DNA from: Ptychomitrium polyphyllum
Taxonomy: Eukaryota
NCBI GenBank assembly: GCA_973851085.1
Contig: OZ316776.1
Span: 11,408,001 to 11,472,000 of the forward strand
Length of the DNA: 64,000 nucleotides
Direction: 5' to 3'
Shown here: positions 1 to 14,457 of the stretch, in pieces
Numbering within the stretch: position 1 is the stretch's first letter
How the letters are laid out: each line of letters begins with the position of its first letter
Translations under genes and position numbers: made by a program
The notes under the pieces: generated by a model
The model's database searches: none
Told to the model about the DNA's origin: nothing
Seen by the model: the letters and a program-made list of their open reading frames with translations, nothing else

Positions 1-815
1 GAAATAAAAGATCAAGTGAATAAAAAGTATATGTTAGGTGGACATTGGTACGTTGAGAGAAAGTGACTTCTATAAGAGGTGGAAGTCCTTTTGCACAAGT
101 GTGTGGGCGGCTCATAAAATTGGAAGCATACAGTGCATGGAATAATCCGAGAGGAAAATATAATGGAGAGTAGAAGGGAAAAATACTAGGATAAGAGGAA
201 TGATGCAGAAGCAAAGGAACTGATTTGAAACACTACATGGTCACCAAATGTTAAGGTAGGTAACAATTGAGATCAATAACTACCATGTAAACAATAACTA
301 AATAGTTTTGCAACACAAATTCTTATATAAGGAGAGTCACCTATACTAGTATTAGAATTGGTAACTACCAAGTATTCTAAGACTAGGTAACTCCTTATTG
401 GATCGTATAAATCAGAGAAAATCACTATATATAAGTTTATAGTTCATACTACCAAATGGAAAAGACATAGTAGTATTAAAGAGTATCTATCAACTACTAT
501 AGAACTTGCTAGGATAGACAAGCTTATATATAAAGATACAGTTAAAGACAAAATTGATAAGGAGAAAGAATGGAGCGTATAACTTGTTTCATTGGAAGAA
601 AACAAAATACAACACACCTTCAACTTTCATAGTTGAGGGTTTAAATACTAGATCCAAGATCCTACAAAAGTGGATCTACATCTGTTTGTCTGAACTAACA
701 GGTTACTGCTTATCATCCAATTGTTACCGTTGGAGGATGTCCGGTAGTATTGATAGAGGAAGATTGGTAGAAAAATCCAATAATACCAAGTATAACACTC
801 GGTAGCCCGATAACA
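1..815 (-). mobile_element. Degenerate Ty3/gypsy LTR region (inner copy, runs off the left edge)
   Basis: 1-815 aligns by eye, with many substitutions, to about 1795-2612 (e.g. aaatacaacacaccttcaact...gttgagggtttaaatactagat in both). On the minus strand it starts TGTTATCGGGCTACCGAG at 815, an LTR-like TG terminus that directly interrupts a gag remnant. Confidence 0.7.
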
Positions 816-2640
816 GAATGTATTCTCGAAATCCCGCTTGGAAGGTGCTTAGTATGAACGTATCATCAAATGGATTGATTAGGTTTTTGGCAAACTCTTA
901 ATAATTTTAATAAACGTTCAACAAAGTCTTCTATTGATTTAGAGGATTTTTGGCGCAAAATGCAAACATGAATATAGATTTGGTCATAGGTTTTGATTAC
1001 CCTATAATGTTTTTTGAATGCAAGGAGAAAGTCATCTAGAGTCTTATAAGGAAATTAGAAGCAATGGAATGTAAACCAAGTAGATTCCTTGTCAATGAGG
1101 GTACTATCAAATAGTTCAAGTTGTACCAAAAGGCTAATTTCACCATTTAAAATAAGTGCCAATAAGAACTTTTGACAATGTTGTTCAAGACATTTTCCAA
1201 TTCAATAATTGGGATATGAAAGGGCTTTTTTAATAGGAGGGTGGACAAGAGGTAGTATTGTGGATGAAAGTGGAACTAATGGAGGAACTATTGGATGGTT
1301 TCTGGATCTATTAATATCCAATGGAAAAGATAAGGAAGTTTGAAAAGGAGTAAAAAGACGATGGTGTAGAAAAACCGTTTCAATATTCGGTAGACTCCAA
1401 GAGTAGGAGACATCAAAGTTGTGGTTTGAGGATGGCGGATTGGTGGTAATAGAGAAGAGATTGGTAAGAGGGCTATCAAAAGTATTGTCCAAACATGGTA
1501 TGTGAAAAGAGTGTATAGTTAGATTAGCCATAAATACTTGTATCCATCAATTGAGTGGAGTTTGGAATGGGGCAATAAGTTGGCGGATGCATTCTTGGAA
1601 GAATGAGAGATCATTCCAAAAATCACGTGGAGCGTGTGTGGAATACTGATTACCGGGTGGATTTGATAGGTAAGTAAAGTAAAGACGGAGAGGGGAATGG
1701 AAATGGAGATTATTTTCAACCGTTTAAGGACGTTGAGTATGTGGTAGGGGATCTAGTTGCAAGGTTTGAGGGAAAGAAGAATCGGTAATTGTAAGAAATG
1801 GAAGATCTAGAGAATAAAAAGTATGTGCTAGGTGTGAATTGGTACGTTGAGCAAGAGTAATTTAAAAGAAGTGGAGGTCCTTATACATAGGTGTGAGGAC
1901 GGTTCATAGATTTAGAAGAGTAGACTATAGGAAATAAGGCCCAAGTAAATATACAATTGTTAATACAGGAAGAGGAATTAATTAGTGTCGGAAGAATGAT
2001 GTGGAACAAGAGAAACCTATTTGAAACACCATATGGTCGGCAAATGTTAAGGTTGGTAACAGCTAAAGTTAATAACTACCAAATAATCAATAACTTAATA
2101 GTTTTTTATTGAAAATTCTTATCTAAGAAAAGTTAGCTACACCAATATTGTGATTGATAACTACCAATCACTCTGAGGATCAGTAGTTCTTTATTGGAGA
2201 GTCTAGATTTAAGAAAAGTAATCTATATAAATTTATAGTTGATACTACCAAATGAAAGAGACATGGTAGTATTAAGGAATAAATTATAAATACTATAGAA
2301 TTTGTTAGAATAGAAAAACCTGCATATGATCATATATTCAAAAATAAAACTGATAAATGAATCAAAGAATGGAGTGTATAACTTGTTTCATAGAACAAAG
2401 CCAAATACAACACACCTTCAACTCTCTTGGTTGAGGGTTTAAATACTAGATTTAAGATTTTATAAAAGTGGATCTACATGGTTTGTCTGAACTAATAGAC
2501 TACTACTATCATCCGGTAGTTACCATTAGAAGATGTCATGTAGTACCGATAGAGAAAGATTGGTAGAAAAAGTCTAGTAGTACCGCATATAACATCTAGT
2601 AGCCTAGTAATATTAAGTATAATACCCAGCAGCCTAATAA
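816..2640 (-). mobile_element. Degenerate Ty3/gypsy element: LTR plus truncated gag remnant
   Basis: Minus-strand 1150-816 translates, with stops and a frameshift, to ...STWFTF..F*FPYKTLDDFLLAFKKHYRVIKTYDQIYIHVCILRQKSSKSIEDFVERLLKL...DDTFILSTFQAGFREYI, a Retrotrans_gag-like pattern. The 1795-2612 part is homologous to 1-815. Confidence 0.7.
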
Positions 2641-5600
2641 TACTGCCTAATTGTATTGGAAATTATATTTTTATTTTCCTTTGATTTAAATTTCATAGAT
2701 TTTTTTCTTATGGTAAAAAATATTTTAAATTTTATATTAAAATTAATGTCTTAGAATATCATTGTATAAGAGTATCTATGTTGATTTCTTCTCATTTAAC
2801 AAAAAAAAAATTGGATTGGAGCCAATGCTATTTAATTAATCATATAAAGAGTTTTAATAAATAAATAAATAAATTATCATATTCATCATTACCTATGCTT
2901 ATTTGCTACCAATGCCATTGAAAAATGTTGCAAGAGGTTCAAAAATATTATCCACCTCCAAAGTCATATGAAGCAACATAATTTATTTATAAAGTGGCAT
3001 CCAGCAAGTCATCATTTTATTCAAGTAGATAATCTATAAACATATATCCATAAACATCATGACATGAATAAAAAGGTTATTGACTAGCATTTTGAAATAG
3101 TTTTATAAAGGACTTAAATAATAGAAAGATCATGGGAAGAATTTTATTATGATAGTAGTGTTAAACATCTGTTAATGGAAGGAATTCTTTTATTAGCCAA
3201 AATTATACATCCATGTTTTTTAAAGGTTGTGGAATAATATATAGTGGAATTTTTTTTAAGTTTGCAAGCAACAATGTTCTTCATGACACTTTGTGTAATA
3301 ATAAATTGAGAGATTTGAAAAAGATCAAAGATGTAGTCTTAGTATACAATAAACCTAGTATTTGCATAGAAAATAAGAAATTCTTTCATGGTTTGTTCAA
3401 GTATCATAGAGCATGTGCAATAGCTTCAAGGTGATTTTTTGAGCATGTTATTTGGTTTTTATTTCTCAAATATGTATATATGCAATTTTACTTTTAGAAT
3501 CATTATATTTATTGTAAAGTGGTAGAAGGATATGAAGAATTTATTGCAAAGTTTGTTAAAGTCAAGAGCTATGCTTACAATATGAAAAAAGCCTCCAAGA
3601 TAAAGCTTTTGAAAACAAGCACATCTATGCACCTTGGACAATGTGCCATCCAAAAATGAAGTATTTAATATAGAGACTTAAATGATATTATTGAATAAAC
3701 ATAGCATTTCACCTTTCAATGTGAGGATTAGAATTTTATGGATATAATGCAAATAAGATTATATGTATTTATTACATTGATTAATATATTTCTTTCCAAA
3801 CTATATCCTAAATTTTGGTGGATTTTTGATACATAGTGCAAATAATTCCAAAATACATTCTCCATTGTGTAAGAAGTTAGTGTTTAGAATTTATGGAGGT
3901 GCTTAGGAAGGATACCTGCAATATCCAAGGATATGTGGTTAAAACTTTAACTCCCTTACAAAACAAGAATCCTTGGTCATTCACAAGTATTAATTTGCTT
4001 GTGATACAAGCATGTGCACAAGTTCATCCAACTCAATAGTAGGTAATTGATGAATCTAAGACAACCTTAGTCACTTCTTCTAAAATGGAACCCCCAATTT
4101 CATTCTAAAAATTGATAACCTTTTCAACACTTATCCAAAAGTTTGCTTCTATCTGTAATTCACTACAATTTTACTTGCTGATTTTCTCAATAATTATTGC
4201 ACATACACTAATGTACTCACAGATAGTCTCATTGGAAACATGGTGGCTTTTGGGTGGTAGGTAGACATTCAAGAAGCCAGGGAATGATAAAGATCTAAGT
4301 TAAACATCAAACGTTCATTGATTCATTAATGTTTGCAATGTACATACTTTTGTTAGAAAAACGTGGTGTGGAATTCAGACATGACTTCACAAAATACAAA
4401 TCCAGGAGGAAGTGCAAAAAGCTGATTGTATTGCTGTCAATTTGTACAGAGATGTGGCCTGGCAAAGCAGAACAGAGACACATTTTTGCTAGCTCTGAAT
4501 CTAGCCAAAGCCAATACTTGTTGACTTACACTGAATGGACTGCACAAAACTACACAATTCCAGGCCACAATTGTAGCAATCCATACCACAAAACATGGAC
4601 AGTGAACTGCATTACTTGGGACTTACTCATAGTATGGATTACTGTATCTGGCAGTTGTGTTGTGCAAGATGTTGCCCCATATTCTCAGCCAAGGAAAAGT
4701 TTGTGAATTGCGTAAGCAGAATGAAATGTATATGATAAAAAATGACTTTCTGCCCCCTGGCCAAAGATGCCAAGAAACTCCTCAATCATAAGTTTATATG
4801 ATTTCAGAGAACCTATTCTTACCCAACAATGATACAGTATTCTAGATCGCTACAGAAAAATGGTTCCGAGCTCTCAAGGAGGGTTGCGTTCATCAGGAGT
4901 GGGCCAGGAAGCCACCCACTAGGCTATTGGCTACCAGCTTAAAAAATGGAAATTATCCACACGACTGCAACAGATTGCTTGACTTTGTTTTTCTGGAAGA
5001 AATGCAATCTATGAGGAGGAATATAAATAATAACTTGAGTGCGAGATGAGAGGTACCCAAGTCAGCCCAAGGAAAGCAAGAGCCAAGAGCCCAAAAGCAA
5101 AAACAATCAAAACGATCCCAGCTGAGGTCAAGGAGATTATTTTATCTTCCAAGCTTTTATTTTTGGCTCAATTCACAGGACCCTGCAACCAGGCTGGTCT
5201 GACGAAACTGACGGGCTAGCTGAGTTAGGAGGTCCAGTTTCCTCCTGGGCCAACACTTGGCCGTACATGCTTCCAATCATGCAATAACTGTACCGCATCA
5301 AATTCTTCAGTGAAGTTACGTGGCCTGATCCTACAGATAACAGCCATTTATTTACATGTCAATTTTGGTGTGCTAATCCAAAGTGTGAATTCATCTGTGG
5401 ATGACATGTGTTTTATTTAAATAATTTCGACGCAAATGGTAATATTCACGACACATGTCTTTTCTTTTCTGAGGTCGTTTCGAAAGATAAAACACACTGG
5501 GTTGTAATTTCTTTAGGTTACCATTACTCTACAAAAGAGTCTGTAGTTGGTACAAAACCTGTAGGTAACTTGTAGCAACCTGTAGGAGTGCCCAAGACTC

Positions 5601-6567
5601 TTGCAAAGTATAAATTATACTAGCCTCCTGAAAATTGGACAAGGTGCTGTAAATTTTAGTTTCCCAAGTGTGCAGTTTCAGTGATGCTTGCCCCACCACT
5701 GCATGGTCAATCAACCTTCGTATCTGGCTTTTGTTCATAACATTTCCAGCTATCATGCACCATATTCCTTGTGAATGTCAAACTCCCTAGTCATGGTTTA
5801 TGTGGACATAGAGGCTGCTGCTCTGAGTCGTGTGTTGAAAATTGGAGAGTTTGACGTCAATTGCAACGCGGTGGCCTGACCTTTTCCCTCAGCATTCCTA
5901 AACCCAATCCAAAGCTTCTTAACAAGTGAATTTCTTCATGTCTAACAATCAATGTCAATCACGTGGTTTGAACAATACCTTTGAGATAGCAGTGGGCTAC
6001 GTTTATTGTGTGAATTATGTAAAGCAGAATTAAGTTCCACACCAAATATAAGGTTGGTGACAAACATGTGTAAAAGGACATCTAGAATAACATTTCCTTA
6101 GTATTTCAATTGAACATAATTGTTCATTTTTACCAAATAATACCACCAATAGGATTTTCATAGGTTGAAACTAGTGATTAACGCAAACTTTAATGATCTT
6201 CAATGAAAATATATCAATATATCAATTCAAAATGGGAACGAATAATACAGAGTACAGTATTAGAAATATAGGGAATCGATGTGCACCTCGTTTCTATATC
6301 ATTGCCAAGAAAAACCAGTATGAAATCCACAAAATTCCAATATCGTATTCCATAGTAATCGTTTCCAACTTTCCTGATGCTAAGGAACAATAGTTAAAGA
6401 TAAATAAACACCCAAGGCCAACCGAAAAGGAAAGAAGACAAATCAAGTAAACAACATTAAAATGGAGTGTAAAGTGGGCCTTCGACTTTTTAGTTACAGG
6501 TGGCCAGTGAATGGCAGTAACTCAATTTCAAATGCAATAAGATTTGATTTATACAGAAACCATCGTC

Positions 6568-9500
6568 CTAATCTTTGTACTTCATTGAGGACTTCTCAAA
6601 GCCAATAGTAGGAAACTGCTTTGCAAAATCTTCCACCTCAGCCTTCAACTTTCTAATTTCAGCCTGAACCTCAGGATCTGTGTCCACCGCAGCTCTGAAG
6701 TCCTTCAACTTTGTCCCTGCAGCACAGAACGTTCAGGAACAATTACAACTAGGAACTGCAGAGAGGGCTAATCACACTAACGAAATCTTAAAAAGCTACA
6801 TGTCTTAACGCATTTATATCAAATTAAAGAAGATGGTGGAAGTCACACCTGTTGACTTTTTGACCTTCACAGCAATATCTACAGCACGATTAAAATACTC
6901 AGCAACTTTTTCGAAATCCTCCTCAGTGAAACCTCTGCTTGTCAAAGCTGGGGCTCCTGTTCCAGGAAAACAATGTCACAACTATTCTGTTAGAAAATAT
7001 TACACCATTAGCGTGAAATCTCATAACATCAATACTGAAAGTCAACAACTACAGAGCTGCATCCACATTGTCACGAAATTCAAGACCTGAAGTACAGCAC
7101 CTATTTATATCACTATTGTCTTTATTCCAGTCAGTTTGTGGTCAAGGACTCAAATAATTCTGTGAGGCTTACCCATGCGGATGCCTCCCGGTACTAAAGC
7201 CGATACATCTCCAGGAACGGTGTTTTTGTTTGCTGCAATATGAGCAAGCTCCATCACTCGCTCCACTCTGGAGCCGTCCACACCCTGACAGAAATAAAGG
7301 AGTCATGTACCATTCTTTAGAAATCAATTATAAAAATCTAAGGGCAGGGCAAGTAACAAAATCTGCAGAACTGTACAGATGCCTTTCGGTTAGTACACAG
7401 GACATACCTTGGGCTTCAGGTTGACCAAAACCAAATGGTTCTCTGTTCCACCAGACACCAACTCGTAACCGCGATCCATCAAGGCCTACATCCAAAGATC
7501 GATTGTGAAGGCAAGTCACAGGCGTACATCTAAAGAAAACATGATATCTTGAAGAGGCCACTAACACAGCAGCAACATATGACGGTTGTCTTACGATCCA
7601 ACAAGAAGTTCCTAAGTCTAATGTAGTAACCACATGCTCGCTTGTTAAGTATCTTACAACACGATATCAGGGACATCGACCCTGACCTTGGCAAAACGTG
7701 CACTGTTGCTGAGAACTTGTTCCTGGTAAGCCTTGAACTCTGGAGTAGCTGCCTGTACTCAGTTAAAATTAATAGTCAGTCCCTACCCTCTGAAGGCAAA
7801 AGAAAGCTAATAGTAGTCATTAAAACTTTAGTTCGTATTATAGTAGTCATCAACACTAGTCTCGCAAACAATATTTTCCTCCATATTAATAAAGCTACGT
7901 TACCCTCCCAAAAGTGGTAGATAATTTGCAATTTAATGGCTTAAATTTGCATATATTGACAAGGGCCAGTAATCCTCATGAAATGAGTACAGAAGGAAGC
8001 AAATTACCTGCTTGAGAGCAACAGCAAGACCAGTGATGGTATGGTTGTGAGGACCCCCTTGAAGTCCTGGAAAGACAGCTGCATTGATCTTGTCTTCATA
8101 GTCGTAGAAGATCTGCAGAATAGGATGGATTCTCACCGTTTAAGCAAGAGAAAACCAAATTGCACAGAAGACACTAATTTGACTGCAATTTACTGCAGGT
8201 GAAAGTTACGCAGTTGTCACAATGAATTTACAAATGTAAGAACCTACATAAATCAATTGTTTGACATACATGTTCGCCCTTCTTAGTTGTCTCCTTCAAT
8301 CCCTTCCGGTAAAAGATCATTGCCCCCCGAGGACCTCGAAGAGACTTATGGGTAGTGGTAGTGACTACATCGGCAAACTCGAAGGGAGATGGCACAACAT
8401 CAGCTGCTACCAACCCACTGATGTGAGCCATATCCGCAAGCAGAATAGCCTTTTGCTTGTCACAAACCTGCAGAAGAAAGCATTACTAGCAGGTCAGACA
8501 TAAATTCAAAGCAAAATGTATGAACCCATTTATGAAGCTTTTAAAATCGAGACTTGGGACCGATATGGTTTTCCAAGCGCAATTACCTGCATTTCAAACA
8601 GTATGTCATTATGATTCACAAATAGTGGTTCTCATATTAAAACCCACCTTGCGCATACGAGCATAATCGTAGTGGCGGGCATAAGCACTAGCACCAGCCA
8701 CTATTAGTTTTGGTCTGAAAAGAACGGCACTTTTCTCCATCTGAAAACAAGCAACTTCTGCTTAAGTTGTACATCCATAACTCCATCGTCGACTTAGAGA
8801 AGAAAAAAGAGTTTGCAAACCAGGAAAAGAAAATTCAGAGTCCAGATGATGCATACTGTAAGGATAGAAAACATACATACGCACAGAATATACGAATATT
8901 ATAAATAATCAGGAATCAGTTGTTTGCAAAGATTACCGTATCATAGTCTATATAACCAGTCGACTCGTCCAGTCTGTATGGCATAGTCTCAAAGAAAATA
9001 GAAACAGCCGAGATTTTCTTCGTATCTGTCTGAATACCATGAAAGTGAGAAAACGCGAGTAAATAGATTTTTCTCTTGCTCACAATGTAGTTGCAGGTTT
9101 TTCAAGTTAATGTATTAAGTAACTTAATACTGTGAAACGTGTCATTAAAAAAAAAAATTGGAAAAGCTTGTCAGCAATCACACCTGGTATCCATGAGACA
9201 AGTGACCACCGTGGGGAAGATCCAAGGCCATTATCCGATCATGTGGCTTCAAGAGAGCTGTGTAGACCTGAAAGTTGGATGGTGATCCAGAGAGAGACTG
9301 CACATTCACTGTCAAACCGATATAAAATGTCAATATAATATGCTTTACTATAAGAAGAAACCCTAATATAAACAAGGAAATAGAATGAAAAGGCCGCGTA
9401 AAAAGAAACTGAAAAACTGACCTCCCCATTTCTCTGGGTCAAGACGAAATGCCGCGAGAGCCCTCTTTTGACACAATCTTTCGGCCATGTCAATAAACCT

Positions 9501-11066
9501 GAAGATTAAGAGAGCCATCAGTCAACTGATCGTACACCATCAAATCGCGACTAAGACGTAGTAAGTCGAAGAACAATATTCAGACACAAAAAATGAGAGT
9601 CAACGTACTCGTTGCCACCATAGTAGCGAGCACCAGGATATCCTTCGCTGTACTTGTTGGTCATAACTGACCCCACTGCCTGCATTACTGAAACGGACGT
9701 GAAATTCTCTGATGGGATCAGCTCCAGCCCCTACAAAGAGTAATGCGAGTTAGAAGAGGCTCAGCATTGTCAAGTCACTTGATATCCTGTGTTGTATACA
9801 GGAGAAATTGCGGCTCAAATGAAAACGCCATTTAATAGCTCAGGGAATGCACCGCCTAACCTTCCATTGGCGATTCTTCTCTAGTTCGATGATGTCAACA
9901 ATCTCGGGGTCAACCTCAGAAATGTCGGTGTTGAGCTGCTTCGGCCACTGTTTCACGCAAAGTACAGAATCAAGCATCACAGGATTAGTTGAAAGCTAGC
10001 ATTCATGTCAGGATTTGCAAACGCAAGGCGGTGATCTGCTGTAATTGTAGGTTAAACTTTCTGTGCGAGTGACGTCCTGCTAAGTGAAGTTAGAGGAACT
10101 AACAACGAAGAAGCGCTTGCACCCGAGCAGATAAGTTGAATTGAACATCTATGAAATTCAGGTTTAAAAGATAAGTACTACAACTGAATTCATTGAAACA
10201 CCCCCCAGGTGCGCAATTACAGCCTGGCAACGCAACAAGAAACGTTTCAACTGCTGTACTCTGAGAAAAGTACTGCCATGAAACCTCAGATGAAGAAGAA
10301 GGATAACCACTTTGAAGATGGTGGAGTTTCTAGTGTTCGAATAGTCCAATGAAAGTTTACAATGCGACCGCCATGTCATTCACTACTTATTCGGATCCAC
10401 TCAGCAAACATCATCTTCATCATCCTACCTCGTAGAGATGATCTAACACCTCTGTCACATCAAAACCATCAAGTGCACGTCATCCATGTGCCAGACGAAA
10501 TTGCACCACCTCGCGATCTAAACTCGCCATGCACTGACCTCCAGTTTCACGAACAGGTTTCGGAGTCGCTCTTGCACTATCTCACTACAGAATTCCAGCC
10601 ACTTCGGGCTCTACGAAACTATAAAAAGCCATCATATCAAAAGACCCAAATGAGGCAAAGTATCACCGTAATATGCGACTTCGAAATGGTCGACTCCTCT
10701 GCAGCTACTGCGGTCTGCGACACAAACCAAACCCAACCAACCGATCCAATCAACTCACAACCCACAAAACCCCCTGCTCACGTCCAACACGAACACATGC
10801 ACAACCAAGATCAACAAGCACACACCCCAATAACCCCAACCCAGCATGAACCTTCTCCTAAACCACAAAAGTTCACAAGTCTCCCCAAACTCCCAAAACT
10901 CGGAAAAATGCAGAGACGCCACAAAATGCAGAGACGCCAAGAAAGTGCAGCAACTCACATTAGTGGCGAGACGGAAGCTGGCGCAAGGAGCGCCGTGCTG
11001 CCGGGCGCGCTGCAGGTATTGACCCTGCACCTTGGCAAGGCGTCGCAGCGCTGTGGCCATCGCCAT
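6568..11066 (-). CDS. SHM1: Serine hydroxymethyltransferase, mitochondrial type, 15 exons
   Basis: Transit-peptide-like start [10 protein letters not shown]. Exons include 11066-10959, 10714-10667 ([16 protein letters not shown]), 9947-9861 ([16 protein letters not shown]), [54 protein letters not shown], the PLP-binding [13 protein letters not shown] and [11 protein letters not shown], ending [15 protein letters not shown] (TAG 6570-6568). All 14 introns are GT-AG and in phase. Confidence 0.97.
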
Positions 11067-11311
11067 GGCTGCAGAGTACCGCAACTCCCAACTCCACACA
11101 ACCACCGCCGGATCGCTCGATCGACCGTTGCAACTGCAAACACCTTCAAGCAAAACAACACCAAACCCACCTGGCCTAATGTCGCCAACTGCTGCTGCCT
11201 GCTCCTTTTCCAGATGCCCTTCTGCTGCAATCGCTGGCGTCACTTTGTCATTCTCGTTGGTTGCTGATGCGTCCGGTGGACCGAGTCGCAACTCTCGCCA
11301 TCCGAGGGCTG

Positions 11312-11352
11312 GGCCACACTTCCTAGGCCACACTTCCTAGGCCACACTTCCT
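11312..11352. repeat. 14-bp unit x3 (GGCCACACTTCCTA) upstream of SHMT
   Basis: ggccacacttccta ggccacacttccta ggccacacttcct read directly. Confidence 0.9.
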
Positions 11353-12963
11353 GGTTCCCTGCCGCTTGGAAGTTCGCATGGATGCTACTCCCGTACCCAT
11401 TCCCGTCACCCTAGCGGAACCTTTTCCTCCGATTCCTCTGATCGAACTTTAGATTTTTTAATTTTAGGATTTTATTTCACAATTCTAATGCATTCGCTTT
11501 ATTTAAATACCTCAGATTCCACAGATTCCTCGTGTTCCTCCCACACTCTTGTGTGTCTGGAAGGAAGGCTTCCACTGATGCTGGCTTTATCTGCTTCAAG
11601 TTGACTGGAATACCGTTGAAAGCGCATATTCTTTAAGGTCTGCTTTTTCTCTTCTCAGTATGAATTTAGGGTGATGTTGTTGTGAAATGGAACTCGTTTG
11701 TAATAACTTAAACTAAGTCCCACTTAATGTGAAGAAATTGTACTCTTTAGGTAAAGTTTTTGGTGTACTCCAGTGAGGTGCGGCGTGCTTTTCTCTCCCA
11801 GTACATGTTCAATGGCCATTATTTACTAACCATGAAGCCTTCAGGTTGCTTGTGACTGTTCTGATAAGAACCGGCTGCATGATGTGTGACTAGATTAGTG
11901 AATGTGGAGAATCGTCTACAAACTGCTGAGTTTGTGTAGATTCTTGGCAGATAACAATGGAGGAAGACAGATAGATCGGTATGAATGTTGATAACCTTGA
12001 CGTGTATGTTTGCTGTCTCAAATTCTTATAGACTGGGAGCGCCACTTAGCACTAAAATAGTTTTGGGTGTGTCAAGAAAACCCTTGTATAAAGTGACTGG
12101 CTTATGTGGACAATGTGCAAAATCCAAATTGGGATTCGGCAACTAACAAACGTCACTGCGTGAAATCCAGGAATATGTGAAATCTAGGTGCCACTGGAGC
12201 CGCCACTCTGGAACATACGATGCAACTTGACCTTTTACCGATTTAGATCTACCAACTTTGACAAAGGAAAAGACTTCTGACGTCAGTAACAGTACTCACA
12301 GACTGCTGCAGCCTGATCAGCGTAACACCTTTGAATTAGAAATCATTCCTAGGAGCAAGTAATATCCGAACATTTGGAAACTACGCAGCTGTATACTGCT
12401 CTCAGAAACAACGACGCTGAGATTGCTGAACCATCGAAGTACTCACTGCATTATTCCCTACTAGCACACACAATCACCCGTACCTACTTCTGCAGGGCAT
12501 TCCAGGGCCTGTACATCGGTTACAAACTTAGGCTGAGCATGGACTGGGGTTTGCAGGTTTACGATGGATATCAGATAGTAGCAAAAAGAGTCCGGATCAC
12601 GAACACAGATGGAAACTGCCGTTCCGTCAGATGGAAAATCCGGTTCTTTAACAGCCCATTTCTACAAAGCGACCCACGAATTCTGGACAGCTGTAGATTC
12701 GATACAAGATACACGTTTACGAGGAGCGAAATCGAACGGAACTGTTAAGTCTATAGCTTCCCAAAGATTCTGCCTCAAACGGTTGACTACGGGTGCAAAA
12801 GAAGAGACAAGCGGATCAAAGTGATATGCAGCCCATTGAAATCTCAATTTAAGACAAGAATGAACCACTTTCAATAGATAGAACAATGCATTTCACATTT
12901 CGAAGTGGGGACGATAAAATTCCCAACCAGCGCACTGGTGCGTACAAAGGAGGCTAGGTGACT

Positions 12964-14457
12964 TTATACGGCCGTGAACACCTTCTTGTTTCCTCCATCG
13001 GAAGCGCCCATAGGGATCACCTTCAAGACGTTGAACCTCACGGTTTTCGAGAGAGGCCTGAGTAAGACGAGAAAGGAGTTAAATTTTAGAAAGCATATGT
13101 AATACAAATTGTTCCCGAAATCCCATAGACTTCCAGAAGGTCAGCTGTAAACGTTAACATTCAATGCAGAGTTCAGACATAATATCCAACTAACTTTGTA
13201 GAACACAGTACTGTTATTGATAATGACGAGATCTAACCTGCATTGGCCAACGATGACCTTGTCGCCCTCCTTCACACGGAAAGCGGGTGAGACGTGGGCA
13301 GCCAAGTTGGAGTGCCGCTTCTCGTACCTGGGAGGAATTTATACACGATTAACAAGATAGATACAGCACGCTGAAAAAGCAGAAGACATATCCACCTATC
13401 GAACTGACAAACAAGAAAATTTGCACTTCCCCAGTAGCAGCTTTTACGCCGAATAGAGAAGACTAGACTCACCTCTGGTACTTCCTAACGAAGTGGAGGT
13501 AATCCCGTCGGATAGTGATTGTGCGGGTCATTTTTGTGCAGTTAACGGTTCCAGTAAGGATGCGGCCACGGATGGAGACATCTCCGGTGAATGGGCACTT
13601 CTTGTCAATGTAAGTACCTGGCGAAAACAAAAGGCTCCTTAGAAAATGTAGGAGTGAAAAATAATAGAAGGATATACTGCCAATAAGTCAAATCCTAACC
13701 GCCATTTCAGGATACGAACAGTCAAAGCTTTACGAAGCCACGCATGATAAATCGTACTGTGCATTGTCTTCAGAAATTTGACCTAACCGTGAATTAAGTA
13801 TGAGCCTGACAGTCTTAAAGAATGTAAGACTACATAAACGAAAGAGACAACCTAACTAGTGTAATCCAAAACCACAACTCAAACATACATAAGTTCAAAC
13901 CATAACGGCCATGGCCTGGAAAGAATAGGAATTTAAATTTCCCTCTCTCCATTATTAAGTATTTCATACAATCACGAACACATAATGCATAGATTCTTCA
14001 GAAAGTACAAACACGATTCTCGGTCCTTATGATAAAAACTCGTGATGCAGTTCAACACTCGAAGAACGAAATCGTGTAACGTGGTGGATTAAGAAGGGGG
14101 AAAACTACAGCTACATACAATACGTTCGCCAAAAAACCATTACAAGCAGACACCCATACCTTCAATAGCTTCACGGGGAGTCTTGAAGCCAAGTCCAACA
14201 TTCTTCCAGAACCGCGTTCCAGCCTTCCCTGGTGCCTTTCCCCTGGCTGAGGCCTTGGTGCTGAGAAAGACCTTGGGTTGCTTCAAAAACGACTTCTCCG
14301 TCTGCAACCCCACACACCACCATCAATAAACCCCGCAACCCTAACCCCTAAACCTAAAACCAAAGACCACACCACACCTCCAAAGTCCACCGACATTAGT
14401 TCCCTTAAACTAACGTAGGAAAGCCCAACGTGCAAAACACAGCACCTGCTCCGCCAT
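12964..14457 (-). CDS. RPS11: 40S ribosomal protein S11 (uS17), 5 exons
   Basis: MAEQ | [13 protein letters not shown]...[18 protein letters not shown] | [22 protein letters not shown]...[13 protein letters not shown] | [30 protein letters not shown] | [34 protein letters not shown] introns. Confidence 0.97.

Noticed and set aside
3459..3653. FLDGTL... stretch resembling a Harbinger-type DDE transposase motif
   Set aside because: Only a short motif in degenerate AT-rich DNA; no further catalytic motifs or terminal inverted repeats could be found.
5010..5200. Minus-strand hydrophobic segment (IISLTSAGIVLIVFAFGLLALAFLGLTW)
   Set aside because: No start codon or convincing exon context, an in-frame stop just upstream, and no recognisable homology.
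10362..11267. 301-aa + strand ORF
   Set aside because: Antisense to SHMT exons 1-2 and their G/T-rich introns; the P/Q/T/H-rich composition follows from that base bias; no domain.
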